From assembly GCA_021787615.1 (NCBI GenBank), contig JAJYLP010000001.1:22447-86446 (forward strand): a stretch of 64,000 nucleotides of DNA, in the 5' to 3' direction. Position numbers and translations under genes: made by a program. The stretch comes from Pseudomonadota bacterium (lineage in GTDB: Bacteria; Pseudomonadota; Gammaproteobacteria; Steroidobacterales; Steroidobacteraceae). Positions 21,273 to 31,170 of the stretch are shown here, piece by piece; position 1 is the first letter of the stretch; each line of letters begins with the position of its first letter. The notes below the pieces were generated by a model. That model saw only the letters and a list, made by a program, of their open reading frames with translations, searched no databases and had not been told where the DNA came from.

Positions 21273-21851
21273 GTGACCGGCAAGAGCGCCGCGCGCGGCG
21301 CGCCATTGTTCAAGGTACGCCGCTCGCGGGTGCACGGCCGCGGCGCGTTCGCCGCTCGGCGCATCCGCAAGGGCACACGCATCATCGAGTACCGCGGCGA
21401 GCGGGTCTCGCACCAGGAGGCGGACCACCGCTACCAGGAGCGCAGCGCGCGCGACAATCACACATTCCTGTTCATCATCGATGCGCGCACCGTGATCGAT
21501 GCCGGCGCGGGCGGCAACGATGCGCGCTTCATCAACCACTCGTGCAATCCAAACTGCGAGACGGTGATGGAGGGCAAGCGGGTGTTCATCGAGGCGATCC
21601 GCACCATCCAGCCGGGCGAGGAGCTGAACTACGATTATCAGCTCGGGCGCGCGGCGGACGATCCGCCCGACGTCGATGCGATCTATGCCTGCCGCTGCGG
21701 CCAGGCCAACTGCCGGGGCACCATGCTGTGGCCGCCGAAGAAGGCGCCGCGGCGCACGGCGGCACGCCCGCACACCCCTCGGCGCGCCAAGGGCGCGCCG
21801 AGCACCAAGCGTGGCACGGCACGCAAGCGCAAGCAGGCCGCGCGGCGGTGA
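21273..21851 (+). CDS. SET-domain protein-lysine methyltransferase with a basic C-terminal tail
   Basis: 192 aa with the SET blocks GRGAFAARRIRKGTRIIEY, RFINHSCNPNC and ELNYDY, a post-SET CRCGQANCRG, and then a ~45-aa K/R/P/A-rich tail. GTG start. Confidence 0.8.
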   Translation: MTGKSAARGAPLFKVRRSRVHGRGAFAARRIRKGTRIIEYRGERVSHQEADHRYQERSARDNHTFLFIIDARTVIDAGAGGNDARFINHSCNPNCETVMEGKRVFIEAIRTIQPGEELNYDYQLGRAADDPPDVDAIYACRCGQANCRGTMLWPPKKAPRRTAARPHTPRRAKGAPSTKRGTARKRKQAARR

Positions 21852-21855
21852 TGCA

Positions 21856-23727
21856 GTGAGCACTCACCCGGGGCAAACGCGCGGCTGGACGCTCGCGGCG
21901 GTGATCGGGGCCACCGGCATCGTCTACGGGGACATCGGCACGAGCCCGCTCTATGCTCTGGAGGAGACCCTGACCGAGGCGGGGCACTTCGATCACGTGG
22001 CGGTGCTCGGCTCGCTGTCGCTGATCGTCTGGGCGCTGACCATCTCGGTCACCATCAAGTACGTCAGCATCATCATGCGCGCTGACAACGAGGGCGAGGG
22101 CGGGATCCTGGCGATGTTCGCGCTCGCCCAGCGCAACAGCATCGCCGGCAGCCTCTGGGCGCGCATGGTGGTGTGGCTCGCGCTCGCCGGCACCGCATTC
22201 TTCTTCTGCGATTCGCTGATCACGCCTGCGATCACCGTGCTGAGCGCGGTGGAGGGCCTGCAGGTGTTGAGCCCGGACTTGAGTCACGCGGTCGTGCCGC
22301 TGACGGTCGGGGTGATCATCGGGCTGTTCGCCTATCAGCGCCGCGGCACGGCCCGCGTCGGCGCATTGTTCGGTCCGGTCATGATCGTGTGGTTCCTGGT
22401 GCTGGCGGCGACCGGCATCAATGCGATCCGCGCCGATCCGGTGGTGCTCTACGCGCTGAACCCGCTCTACGGCGTCGATCTGCTGGTGCGCCGGCCCGGG
22501 GTCGCGCTCGCGGTGATCGGCGCGGTGTTCCTGTGCCTCACCGGGGGCGAGGCGCTCTATGCCGACATGGGGCACTTCGGCAAGGAGCCGGTGCGCGTGG
22601 CGTGGTTCTCGCTGGTCTGGCCGGCGCTGCTGCTCAACTACTTCGGCCAGGGCGCGCTGCAGCTCGCGCAGGGGCATTACATTCCTCAGACCCTCTACTT
22701 CATGGTCTCGACCTCGGCGCTGCCCTGGATGGTGATCCTGGCCACCGCCGCCAGCGTCATCGCCTCCCAGGCCGTGATCTCCGGGGCCTTCTCCATCGCC
22801 CGTCAGGCCGTACAGCTCGATCTGCTGCCGCGCATCCGGGTGCTGCAGACCTCGGCCACCGAGCTCGGCCAGATCTACGTGCCGGCAGTCAACTGGCTGG
22901 TTTTCCTCGCGGTGGTCGCGTTCGTGGTGGGCTTCGGATCCTCGAACGCTCTGTCGGCCGCATACGGCTCGGCCGTGGTCGGCACCATGCTGATCACCAC
23001 CGTGCTCGGGGCGTTCGTCGCGCTGCAGCAGTGGAACTGGCCGAAGTGGGTGGTGGGTCTGGTGTTCGGGGTGCTGTTCCTGGTCGATGCCACCTTCTTC
23101 GTCGGCAACATGACGAAGGTGCCGAGCGGCGGGTGGATTCCGCTCACCCTCGCGGCAATGCTGTTCGTCGTGTTCGTCACCTGGCGCGGCGGGCGGCTCG
23201 AGCTGCGCGCGGCGCTGGCGCGCCAGGCGATTCCGCGCAGCGAGCTGCCGAATCTGCTCGCCGGCGTGCACCGCGTGCCGGGAACCGCCGTGTTTCTCGC
23301 CAGCACTCCGGATCTGGTGCCCTCGGCATTGATCCGCAACCTCGAGCACAACCGCGTGGTGCACGAGCGGCTCATCATCCTCAACCTCGAGATCGTGCGC
23401 ACCCCGCGCCAGGACCCGGCCAACCGGGTGGAGATCGACGAGACGCTGCCGGGGGTGTATCTGGTCACTGCGCGCTTCGGCTTCATGGAGACCCCGGATG
23501 TCGCCGAGGCGCTGCGCGGCTGCCGCGCCCGCGGGCTGAAGGTGTTCATGGAAGACAGCTCGTTCTTCGTTGGCCAGCACGTGGTGCGCGCGCGCGACCT
23601 GCCGGGCTGGCGCGGGCTGCAGCGGATCCTGTTCGCGCGCATGCAGCGGCACAGCACGCAGGCGGCGGAGTTCTTCCGCATGCCCTCGCGCGGCGTCGTC
23701 TCGCTCAACACCGTGGTGGAAATCTGA
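21856..23727 (+). CDS. kup: Potassium uptake protein Kup (KUP/HAK/KT family)
   Basis: In-frame GTG at 21856 (VSTHPGQTRGWTLAAVIGATGIVYGDIGTSPLYAL). It is polytopic, with TGGEALYADMGHFG. Confidence 0.92.
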   Translation: MSTHPGQTRGWTLAAVIGATGIVYGDIGTSPLYALEETLTEAGHFDHVAVLGSLSLIVWALTISVTIKYVSIIMRADNEGEGGILAMFALAQRNSIAGSLWARMVVWLALAGTAFFFCDSLITPAITVLSAVEGLQVLSPDLSHAVVPLTVGVIIGLFAYQRRGTARVGALFGPVMIVWFLVLAATGINAIRADPVVLYALNPLYGVDLLVRRPGVALAVIGAVFLCLTGGEALYADMGHFGKEPVRVAWFSLVWPALLLNYFGQGALQLAQGHYIPQTLYFMVSTSALPWMVILATAASVIASQAVISGAFSIARQAVQLDLLPRIRVLQTSATELGQIYVPAVNWLVFLAVVAFVVGFGSSNALSAAYGSAVVGTMLITTVLGAFVALQQWNWPKWVVGLVFGVLFLVDATFFVGNMTKVPSGGWIPLTLAAMLFVVFVTWRGGRLELRAALARQAIPRSELPNLLAGVHRVPGTAVFLASTPDLVPSALIRNLEHNRVVHERLIILNLEIVRTPRQDPANRVEIDETLPGVYLVTARFGFMETPDVAEALRGCRARGLKVFMEDSSFFVGQHVVRARDLPGWRGLQRILFARMQRHSTQAAEFFRMPSRGVVSLNTVVEI

Positions 23728-23770
23728 GACCGCGCGTGCGCAGCCTGGATCCAGTCGCGCGGGGCGAGCG

Positions 23771-24298
23771 GTGAGCCTCCTGCAGCCGCAGGTCTCGCTC
23801 ATCGTGGCCATGGCCGAGAACGGCTGCATCGGCCGCGACAACGCCCTGCCCTGGCGGCTGCCGGAGGACCTGCGCCGCTTCAAATCCCTCACTCTCGGCA
23901 AGCCGATCCTGATGGGCCGCAGGACCTTCGAGTCGATCGGTCGGCCCCTGCCCGAGCGGCGCAACCTGGTGCTGACGCGCAATCGTCAGTGGCACTCGCG
24001 CGGCGTGCTCGCCGTGCACTCCCTCGGTCACGCCCTTGGGTGCGTGCGCGAGGACATTGAGCTCATCGGCATCGGCGGCGCCGAGGTCTACCGGCTGCTG
24101 ATGCCATTCGCGCGCCGCATCTATCTCACCCTGGTGCACGCCGATGTCGCCGGCGATACCTTCTTCCCGGACATCGATCCGACGCAGTGGGCCGACGTCG
24201 AGTGCCATCGCCACGCAACCGACGAGCGCAACCCTTATGCGTTCACCTTCATGACGCTCGAGCGCAAGAGCGCCCCACAGCCGCCGGGAGCCTACTGA
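23771..24298 (+). CDS. folA: Dihydrofolate reductase
   Basis: In-frame GTG at 23771: VSLIVAMAENGCIGRDNALPWRLPEDLRRFKSLTLGKPILMGRRTFESIG. Confidence 0.9.
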   Translation: MSLLQPQVSLIVAMAENGCIGRDNALPWRLPEDLRRFKSLTLGKPILMGRRTFESIGRPLPERRNLVLTRNRQWHSRGVLAVHSLGHALGCVREDIELIGIGGAEVYRLLMPFARRIYLTLVHADVAGDTFFPDIDPTQWADVECHRHATDERNPYAFTFMTLERKSAPQPPGAY

Positions 24299-25488
24299 CC
24301 GAGCGCCTGGGCCACCGCGCGCGCAAAGTAGGCAATGTTCTCCATGCGCAGCCCGGCGATGTTGATCCGGCTGTCATCGGTCATGTAGACGTGGTGCGCC
24401 TCGCGCAGCCGCCGCACCGTGTCGGGCGCGACGCCGAGGAAGGAGAACATGCCGCGCTGGCGGACGATGTGGCTGAAATCCTTGTGCGGGCAGGCCGCCG
24501 CGAGCGCGCTCGCCACCGCGGCGCGCAGCTGCAGAATGCGCTCGCGCATGGCCGTGAGCTCGGCGAGCCACGCCGCGCGCAACGGCTCGCTGCCGAGAAT
24601 TTCCGCCACGATGGCCGCGCCGTGATCCGGCGGCATCGAGTACAGGCCGCGCGCGATGCGCACCAGTTGAGTGAGCGCCGCCCCGGCCGCCGCGCCGCTC
24701 TCGCCGAGGGCCAGCAGGCATCCGACCCGCTCGCGGTACAGACCGAAGTTCTTCGAGCATGACACGGCGATCAGCGCCTCGGGCAGCTGCTCGGCGAGCA
24801 GGCGCGCGCCGTAGGCGTCCTCGGCGAGCCCGCGGCCGAGCCCCTGGTAGGCCATGTCGATGAACGGCAGGAGCGCGCGGCGCCGGAGCACCGCGGCAAT
24901 CTGCCGCCATTGCGCCTCATCGAGATCCGCGCCCGTGGGGTTGTGGCAGGAGGCGTGCAGCAGCACCACCGAGCGCGGCGGCAGCGCCTCGAGCGCGCTC
25001 AGCATGGCCTCGAAGGCGACACCACCGGTGGCGGCATCGAAGTACGGATAGCGCTCGAGCCGCAGCCCGCAGCCCGACAGCAGCGGCACGTGATTGGCCC
25101 AGGTCGGCGCGCTCACGTGCACCACAGCCTCGGGCCGCGCGGCCCGGATCAGCTCCGCGCCGAGGCGCAGCGCCCCGCAGCCCCCAGGCGCCTGCAGCGC
25201 GCACACCCGCTCGGCAGCGGCCAGGGGCGAGTCCTCGCCGAGCACGAGCCGGCGCATCGCTTCGTTGAAAGCCGTGTTGCCGGCGGGCGCCACGTACGTC
25301 TTGGTGCTTTGGCGCGCCAGCAGGGCACGCTCGGCATCCCGCACGGCCTGCATGACCGGCGTCTCGCCCCGCTCATCGCGGTATACACCGACGCCCAGAT
25401 CGACCTTGCGGGGATCGGAATCGGCGCGAAAAGCGGCCATCAGGCCCAGGATGGGGTCCGGCGCCAGCCGGTCGAGATGCTCAAGCAC
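24292..25488 (-). CDS. Aromatic/aspartate aminotransferase (AspC/TyrB class I)
   Basis: 398 aa with DPILGL, HNPTGADL and the PLP-lysine block SCSKNFGLYRERVG. Confidence 0.9.
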   Translation of the reverse strand: MLEHLDRLAPDPILGLMAAFRADSDPRKVDLGVGVYRDERGETPVMQAVRDAERALLARQSTKTYVAPAGNTAFNEAMRRLVLGEDSPLAAAERVCALQAPGGCGALRLGAELIRAARPEAVVHVSAPTWANHVPLLSGCGLRLERYPYFDAATGGVAFEAMLSALEALPPRSVVLLHASCHNPTGADLDEAQWRQIAAVLRRRALLPFIDMAYQGLGRGLAEDAYGARLLAEQLPEALIAVSCSKNFGLYRERVGCLLALGESGAAAGAALTQLVRIARGLYSMPPDHGAAIVAEILGSEPLRAAWLAELTAMRERILQLRAAVASALAAACPHKDFSHIVRQRGMFSFLGVAPDTVRRLREAHHVYMTDDSRINIAGLRMENIAYFARAVAQALGQ

Positions 25489-25570
25489 GGGGTCTCCTCG
25501 CCGCTCGCCTCGGGCGGCGCTGCGGGGGGCAGTTTACACGGTCAGCGTCACAGTTCCGGGCCTCCGCGGT

Positions 25571-25597
25571 TCAAGAACCCCGTGGCGCCGCCGATAC
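25571..25597 (+). promoter_or_regulatory. Candidate sigma-28 (FliA) promoter for motAB
   Basis: TCAA-N15-GCCGATAC, compared with the consensus TAAA-N15-GCCGATAA, about 90 nt upstream of motA. Confidence 0.45.
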
Positions 25598-25687
25598 TCG
25601 CATCAGTATCGCTGCACAGTGGACCGGCTCGCCCACCTCGGCGCCAAGGACCGCGCGCAGCAACCTTAGAACAGGCTTACGCAGCTC

Positions 25688-26557
25688 GTGATTCAGATCA
25701 TCGGAAGCGTCGTCGTCCTCGCCTGCGTGGCCGTGGGCTTCATGATAGAGGGTGGGAAGCTGCTCGCCCTCTGGCATCCGGCAGAATTTCTCATCATCGT
25801 CGGGGCCGCCTTCGGCGCCTTCCTCACCAGCAACCCGATCAAGATCGTCAAGGCGAGCTTCGCCGACATCGTCGCGCTCGTGCGCCAGGAGCGCTACGAG
25901 CACGACGATTACGTCTCGCTCCTGAAGCTGCTCTACGACATCCTGGTGAAGATCCGCAAGGAAGGCCTGATGGCGATCGAGTCGGACATCGACGCCCCGG
26001 ACGGCGGCGCGCTGTTCAAGAAATACCGGCGTATCGCCGAGGACCAGCACCTGCGCCAGTTCATCACCGACTGCCTGCGCCTGATGGTCGGCGGCAACCT
26101 CGACCCGCACGAGTTCGAGAGCCTGCTCGACCAGGAGCTCGAGACCTTCCACCAGGAGATCCACGAGCCCTCGCACGCGGTGCAGCGCATGGCCGACTCC
26201 CTGCCGGGATTCGGCATCGTGGCCGCAGTGCTCGGCATCGTGAACACCATGGCCTCGATCGCCGGCGCCGATACGGCGAGCATCGGTGCGCGGGTCGCCT
26301 CCGCTCTGGTCGGCACCTTCCTCGGCATCCTGATCTCCTATGGCTTCGCCGGGCCGCTGGCGGCGGCCATGGCGCACGCGGCCAATGACGAGGCCAAGGC
26401 CTTCGAGCTGGTCAAGATGGCCCTCGTGGCGAGCGTGCGCGGCTACGTTCCCGCCGTGGCGATCGAGTTCTCGCGCAAACTCCTCTTCAGCGACGTGCGC
26501 CCGACGTTCGCCGACCTCGAGGCGCAGCTGAAAGGTAAGGCCAGAGCCAGCGCCTGA
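25688..26557 (+). CDS. motA: Flagellar motor stator protein MotA
   Basis: 289 aa with four TM helices, a MotA/ExbB-type C-terminal channel region and a long cytoplasmic loop. GTG start. Confidence 0.9.
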   Translation: MIQIIGSVVVLACVAVGFMIEGGKLLALWHPAEFLIIVGAAFGAFLTSNPIKIVKASFADIVALVRQERYEHDDYVSLLKLLYDILVKIRKEGLMAIESDIDAPDGGALFKKYRRIAEDQHLRQFITDCLRLMVGGNLDPHEFESLLDQELETFHQEIHEPSHAVQRMADSLPGFGIVAAVLGIVNTMASIAGADTASIGARVASALVGTFLGILISYGFAGPLAAAMAHAANDEAKAFELVKMALVASVRGYVPAVAIEFSRKLLFSDVRPTFADLEAQLKGKARASA

Positions 26558-27576
26558 TGGCCGCCAACGCGAACAAAGACGACAAGGCGACCATCGTCAT
26601 CCGGCGCAGCAAGCGCCGCGCGGCCGAGCACCACGGCGGCGTGTGGAAGGTCGCCTACGCCGATTTCGTCACCGCCATGATGGCGTTCTTCCTGGTCATG
26701 TGGATCGTCACGGCAGTCAACAAGGCCGAGCGCGCGGCGATCTTCAACTACTTCAAGAACCCGAGCATGCAGAGCGGGCGCAGCGCGCGAGCCGCTCCCG
26801 GCCCGATGGGCCCGGGCGGCGCCAGCACCAGCCCCATCAATCTCGGCGGCGGCCTGAACGGCCTGAGCTCGACGCCGCACCAGGTGATCGACGTCGAGGC
26901 GCCCGAGAAGGGCCCCGGCCGCAACCATGATCAGCAGCCCGCGCCGCGCACGAGCCTCGCCGAGGCGAAACAGCAGGTCGCAGGCGCCGACCACAAGCGC
27001 CTCGAGTCCCTGATGGCGCAGCTGCGCCAGGCGGTCAACAAGAGCCAGGCGCTGAAGCCGTTCAAGAACCAGCTGCTCATCGACATCACGCCCCGCGGCG
27101 TGCGTATCCAGATCGTCGATGCCAAGAACCGACCGATGTTCGATCTCGGCAGCGCGCAGCTGCGCAGCTACACGCTGCGCATCCTCAAGACGCTGGCACC
27201 GTACCTGAACTCCGTGCCCAACCAGATCGCGATCATCGGCCACACCGACGCGCACCCGTACCCGCGCGAGGCGCGCTACACGAACTGGGAGCTATCGGCC
27301 GACCGCGCCAATGCCGCGCGCCGCGCGCTCGTCGCGGGAGGGCTCGCCGCCGGCAAACTCGCCCGGGTGGTGGGCCTGGCCTCGACCGTGCTGTTCGACA
27401 AGACCAATCCGTACGACCCGATCAACCGGCGCATCAGCATCATCGTCATGACCCGGCGCGAAGCCGAGGACGCGCTGCGCGCCGATACCGGCTCATCCGC
27501 ACCGCCCCTGCCGCTGAGCCCGCCGGGCGCCGCGCCGGCGGCAAAGAGCCCCGCACAGTCCGGCAATCCGCACTAG
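26557..27576 (+). CDS. motB: Flagellar motor protein MotB (OmpA-like C-domain)
   Basis: 339 aa with WKVAYADFVTAMMAFFLVMW (TM helix carrying the conserved Asp) and an OmpA-like domain (GHTDAHPY...NWELSADRANAARRAL). Confidence 0.88.
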   Translation: MAANANKDDKATIVIRRSKRRAAEHHGGVWKVAYADFVTAMMAFFLVMWIVTAVNKAERAAIFNYFKNPSMQSGRSARAAPGPMGPGGASTSPINLGGGLNGLSSTPHQVIDVEAPEKGPGRNHDQQPAPRTSLAEAKQQVAGADHKRLESLMAQLRQAVNKSQALKPFKNQLLIDITPRGVRIQIVDAKNRPMFDLGSAQLRSYTLRILKTLAPYLNSVPNQIAIIGHTDAHPYPREARYTNWELSADRANAARRALVAGGLAAGKLARVVGLASTVLFDKTNPYDPINRRISIIVMTRREAEDALRADTGSSAPPLPLSPPGAAPAAKSPAQSGNPH

Positions 27577-28008
27577 CCTGTCGGGCTTAACGAAAAGTCC
27601 TCGTAAACGGACTCAACCGACGGCGAAGGGCGAGTTGCATGCTGCAACATCGCCGAATGTCAAAACGGCCGCCGTAAACCGCGGTATGGCGCGTGGTACC
27701 CCATGTCAAAGGCTCCCGGATCGCAAATTTGGCCATTTCCTCAGTCAATCTTGCTAACACCGACGGGCTGCTGGAGGCGTGCGATTTCCTCACCCGCCGC
27801 TGACCGCCGCGCGCGTAACGTTGCATCCGGCACGGCCGGCTGATGCACCACGATGACTCCTGAGGCGCACCAGCGCGGTGCGAGGACCTCCCGCGCGAAG
27901 CCCCCGCGGGGGCTCAATTTGCAGGGATTTGCTGCCGCACCCACCCTGGCACGGCGCGTGCTTGAGTGCCCGTGTCCGACACCCGACTGCGGTCACGAAA
28001 GGTTCAGC

Positions 28009-29121
28009 ATGCCCAAGTTCCTCCCGACACTGTCCCTGCTGGCGGCGGCGCTCGGCGCCCTCGGGCCCGCCGGCGCGCGCGCGGCCGAGCCGCCGGCGGG
28101 CACGCTCGCGCAGCTGCTTGCCGACTCCGGCATCACGGCGTCCGGCTATCTCGCCGCCTCGTACTACACCTCCTCCGGCGGCAACACGTTTCATCAGTTC
28201 GACACCGCGCACGATGCGTTCCAGCTCGATCAGGCGGGGCTCACGCTCGCCTACCAGCCCCAGCAGGGCTTCGGCGCGCTGATCGACACGATCGCGGGCA
28301 ATGACGCCAAGATCGTCAACGCCGCCGAGAGCGCCTCGGCTTCGAGCAACAACCCCATCGACATCCTGCAGGGCTTCGTGCAGTACGTCGACGGCGGTCT
28401 CACGGTGCAGGCCGGGAAGTTCACCACCTTGGCGGGCGCCGAGGTCATCGCGCCGACCGGCAACAGCAACTTCTCGCGGTCGTTTCTCTTTTATGCCGAG
28501 CCGATGACCCACACCGGCGTGCGAGCGACCTACGCGTTCGACAGCGCCGCGAGCGTCATCCTGGGCGTCAACAACGGCTGGAACTACACCAGCGTCAGCT
28601 CCGGATCGAAGACCGTCGAGCTCGGCATCGCCCTGAGCCCGACCGCGAGCTTCTCCTTCACCGCGCAGAGCTACATCGGCAACGATCCGGTCGATCTCGC
28701 CCGGCGCACCCTGATCGATACCGTCGCCACCTACAACGCCACCGCAACGCTGCAGTTCGTGGCGAGCTACGACTGGGGCCAGCAGCGAGCGAGCGCCGTG
28801 ACGGCCGGCGGGCAGTGGAGCGGCATCGCTGTGTACGTGAACAAGCGGCTGAGCAGCCGGTGGCGCGTCTCGGTGCGCGGGGAGTCGTTCGACGACCGCG
28901 ATGGGTTCGTCACCGGAACGCCACAGACGCTGAAGGAGGTGACCGTCACGTTCGGCTACGACCCGGCGGCGGACTTCGAGCTGCGCCTCGAGGGCCGCTA
29001 CGACACGTCGAACCGGCCGACCTTCCTCTACGCGCATACGGACGCGGCCACCGGCCGCACCATCGCCGAATACAGTGCCCACCAGAGCGAGCTCGCGGTG
29101 CAAGGGGTGTATTCATTCTAG
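28009..29121 (+). CDS. Putative outer-membrane beta-barrel porin
   Basis: Internal ATG of ORF 27853..29121 with a signal peptide (MPKFLPTLSLLAAALGALGPAGARA-AE). It shows alternating beta-strand patterning and a C-terminal aromatic residue (GVYSF). Confidence 0.65.
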   Translation: MPKFLPTLSLLAAALGALGPAGARAAEPPAGTLAQLLADSGITASGYLAASYYTSSGGNTFHQFDTAHDAFQLDQAGLTLAYQPQQGFGALIDTIAGNDAKIVNAAESASASSNNPIDILQGFVQYVDGGLTVQAGKFTTLAGAEVIAPTGNSNFSRSFLFYAEPMTHTGVRATYAFDSAASVILGVNNGWNYTSVSSGSKTVELGIALSPTASFSFTAQSYIGNDPVDLARRTLIDTVATYNATATLQFVASYDWGQQRASAVTAGGQWSGIAVYVNKRLSSRWRVSVRGESFDDRDGFVTGTPQTLKEVTVTFGYDPAADFELRLEGRYDTSNRPTFLYAHTDAATGRTIAEYSAHQSELAVQGVYSF

Positions 29122-29229
29122 AGCTGCCGGCGGCGCGGCCGGCCGAGGGCGAGATCGCGCGTGCCCGCGACGCGCGGAACGTGCTATGGTAACTGTGTCT
29201 CGATCCACCGCCCCTGAGCGCCACTGCCC

Positions 29230-30399
29230 ATGCCGAAGTCATCCGCCACGGTCCAGCCGTCCGCCGCGCCGTCAGCGCCGCCGATTTGGGTCAATATTGC
29301 TTTGTTTTCATTGACTTTTTTGGCTGCGATCGTGGTCGTGCCGTGGTATGGCATCACGCACGGATACAGCGCCTCGGCCTGGGTGCTGTTCGGGCTGTTC
29401 CTGGCGGCGAACGAACTGGCGATCACCGCCGGCTACCACCGGCTCTGGGCGCACCGCACCTACGAGGCGCACTGGAGCCTGCGGGTGCTCTACCTCATCT
29501 TCGGCACCATGGCGCTGCAAAACAGCGCCTGGATCTGGTGCAGCGGCCACCGCCGCCATCACCTGAACGTCGATGACGAGGAGCTCGACCCGTACTCGGC
29601 GCGCCGCGGCTTTTGGTTCTCGCACATCGGCTGGATGATCCGCGAGTACCCGAGCGGCAAGACCGACTTCAGCAACATTCCCGACCTGCGCCGCGACCGC
29701 ATGCTCGCCTTCCAGCACCGCCACTACGTGGCGCTCGTGCTGCTCACCAACTTCGGACTGCCGCTGCTCGCCGGATGGCTCACCGGCGAGCTGTGGGGCG
29801 TGTTCCTGCTCGCCGGCGTGCTGCGCTTGGTGGTGAGCCACCATTTCACGTTCTTCATCAATTCGCTTGCGCACATGTGGGGCTCGCGTCCGTACACCGA
29901 GGACAACACCGCCCGGGACAACCCGGTGCTGGCCGTGCTCACCTTCGGCGAGGGCTACCACAACTTCCACCACATCTTTGCGCACGATTACCGCAACGGC
30001 GTGCGCTGGTGGCAGTGGGATCCGACCAAGTGGCTGATCGCCGGCCTGCAGTTCGTGGGGCTGACCCGCAAGTTGAAGCGCACGCCGGTGTTCCAGATCC
30101 AGCGCGCGCTGCTCGCGATGCAGTTCGCGCGGGCGCAGAGCTCGCTCGAGCGCGTCGCGCCGACCGCCGCGCCCTCGCGCATCAGCGAGCTGCGTCAGCA
30201 CATCTCGCGCGAATACGACAGCTTCCTTGCGGCCGTCGCCGACTGGGCCAAGGTGAAGGAGCAGTGGCTCACCGAAAAGAAGCGCGCCGTCACCGAGCAC
30301 TGGGAGCACACCAGCTTCCAGCTGCGCTTCAAGGAGCTCGAGCAGCAATTACGCCTGCAGCGCCGCCGACTGCGCATGCTTCAGGCGCAGCTCGCCTGA
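29230..30399 (+). CDS. Acyl-CoA (delta-9-type) fatty acid desaturase
   Basis: 389 aa with the three histidine boxes HRLWAH, HRRHH and HNFHH, N-terminal TM helices and a coiled C-terminal extension. Confidence 0.88.
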   Translation: MPKSSATVQPSAAPSAPPIWVNIALFSLTFLAAIVVVPWYGITHGYSASAWVLFGLFLAANELAITAGYHRLWAHRTYEAHWSLRVLYLIFGTMALQNSAWIWCSGHRRHHLNVDDEELDPYSARRGFWFSHIGWMIREYPSGKTDFSNIPDLRRDRMLAFQHRHYVALVLLTNFGLPLLAGWLTGELWGVFLLAGVLRLVVSHHFTFFINSLAHMWGSRPYTEDNTARDNPVLAVLTFGEGYHNFHHIFAHDYRNGVRWWQWDPTKWLIAGLQFVGLTRKLKRTPVFQIQRALLAMQFARAQSSLERVAPTAAPSRISELRQHISREYDSFLAAVADWAKVKEQWLTEKKRAVTEHWEHTSFQLRFKELEQQLRLQRRRLRMLQAQLA

Positions 30400-30432
30400 G
30401 CGCGCTGCCCGCTGCGCCCCCGGCAGACTTTC

Positions 30433-31155
30433 ATGGGACGAATTTTCGAAGTCCGCAAGCACACCATGTTTGCGCGCTGGAACCGCATGGCCAAGCAGTT
30501 CGCGCGCATCGCCAAGGACATCACCATGGCGGTGAAGGCGGGCGGGGCCGATCCGACGGGCAACCCGGCCCTGCGGCGCGTGATCCAGAACGCCCGCGCG
30601 GTCAACATGCCGAAGGACAAGATCGAGGCCGCCATCAAGCGGGCGAGCGGTCGCGATGCCGCCCAGTACCAGCAGGTGCACTACGAGGCCTACGCACCGC
30701 ACGGAGTCGCCCTGCTGATCGAAACGGCGACGGACAATCCCACGCGCACGGTGGCCGCCGTGCGCAACATCGTCACCAAGAACGGCGGCAACCTGGCCAC
30801 CTCCGGCAGCGTGGCGTTCCTGTTCAAGCACATGGGCGTGTTCCGCCTCGATCCGGCGGGCATCGACCAGGACGACCTTGAGCTGTACCTGATCGATCAC
30901 GGACTGGAGGAAATGGGCGAGAGCAGCGGCGAGAACGGCGAGCCGCAGCTGGTCGTCCGCTGCGCGTTCGAGGATTTCGGCAAGGTGCAGGAGGCGCTCG
31001 AGGCGCGCGGCCTCGCGCCGCTGTCGGCCGAGCACGAGTACATCTGCGCCGCACCGACGGAACTGCCCGAGGCGCAGGCACAGGAGGTGCTGGCTCTGAT
31101 CGACAAGCTCGAGCAGGACGATGACGTACAGCGGGTGTTCCACACCCTCGCCTGA
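30433..31155 (+). CDS. YebC/PmpR-family DNA-binding regulator
   Basis: 240 aa with [30 protein letters not shown]... and a typical YebC layout. Confidence 0.92.
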   Translation: MGRIFEVRKHTMFARWNRMAKQFARIAKDITMAVKAGGADPTGNPALRRVIQNARAVNMPKDKIEAAIKRASGRDAAQYQQVHYEAYAPHGVALLIETATDNPTRTVAAVRNIVTKNGGNLATSGSVAFLFKHMGVFRLDPAGIDQDDLELYLIDHGLEEMGESSGENGEPQLVVRCAFEDFGKVQEALEARGLAPLSAEHEYICAAPTELPEAQAQEVLALIDKLEQDDDVQRVFHTLA

Positions 31156-31170
31156 GCCCGCCGCGCCGGC

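Noticed and set aside
19596-23982. 755-aa and 798-aa minus-strand ORFs (19596..21863 and 21586..23982)
   Set aside because: They are antisense to lgt-thyA-SET and to kup, which have unambiguous protein signatures. The antisense translations are Arg/His/Pro-rich with no domain-like blocks.
27587-27826. 79-aa minus-strand ORF in the motB-porin spacer
   Set aside because: It has no SD, atypical composition and no recognisable family. It is kept only as part of the spacer observation.
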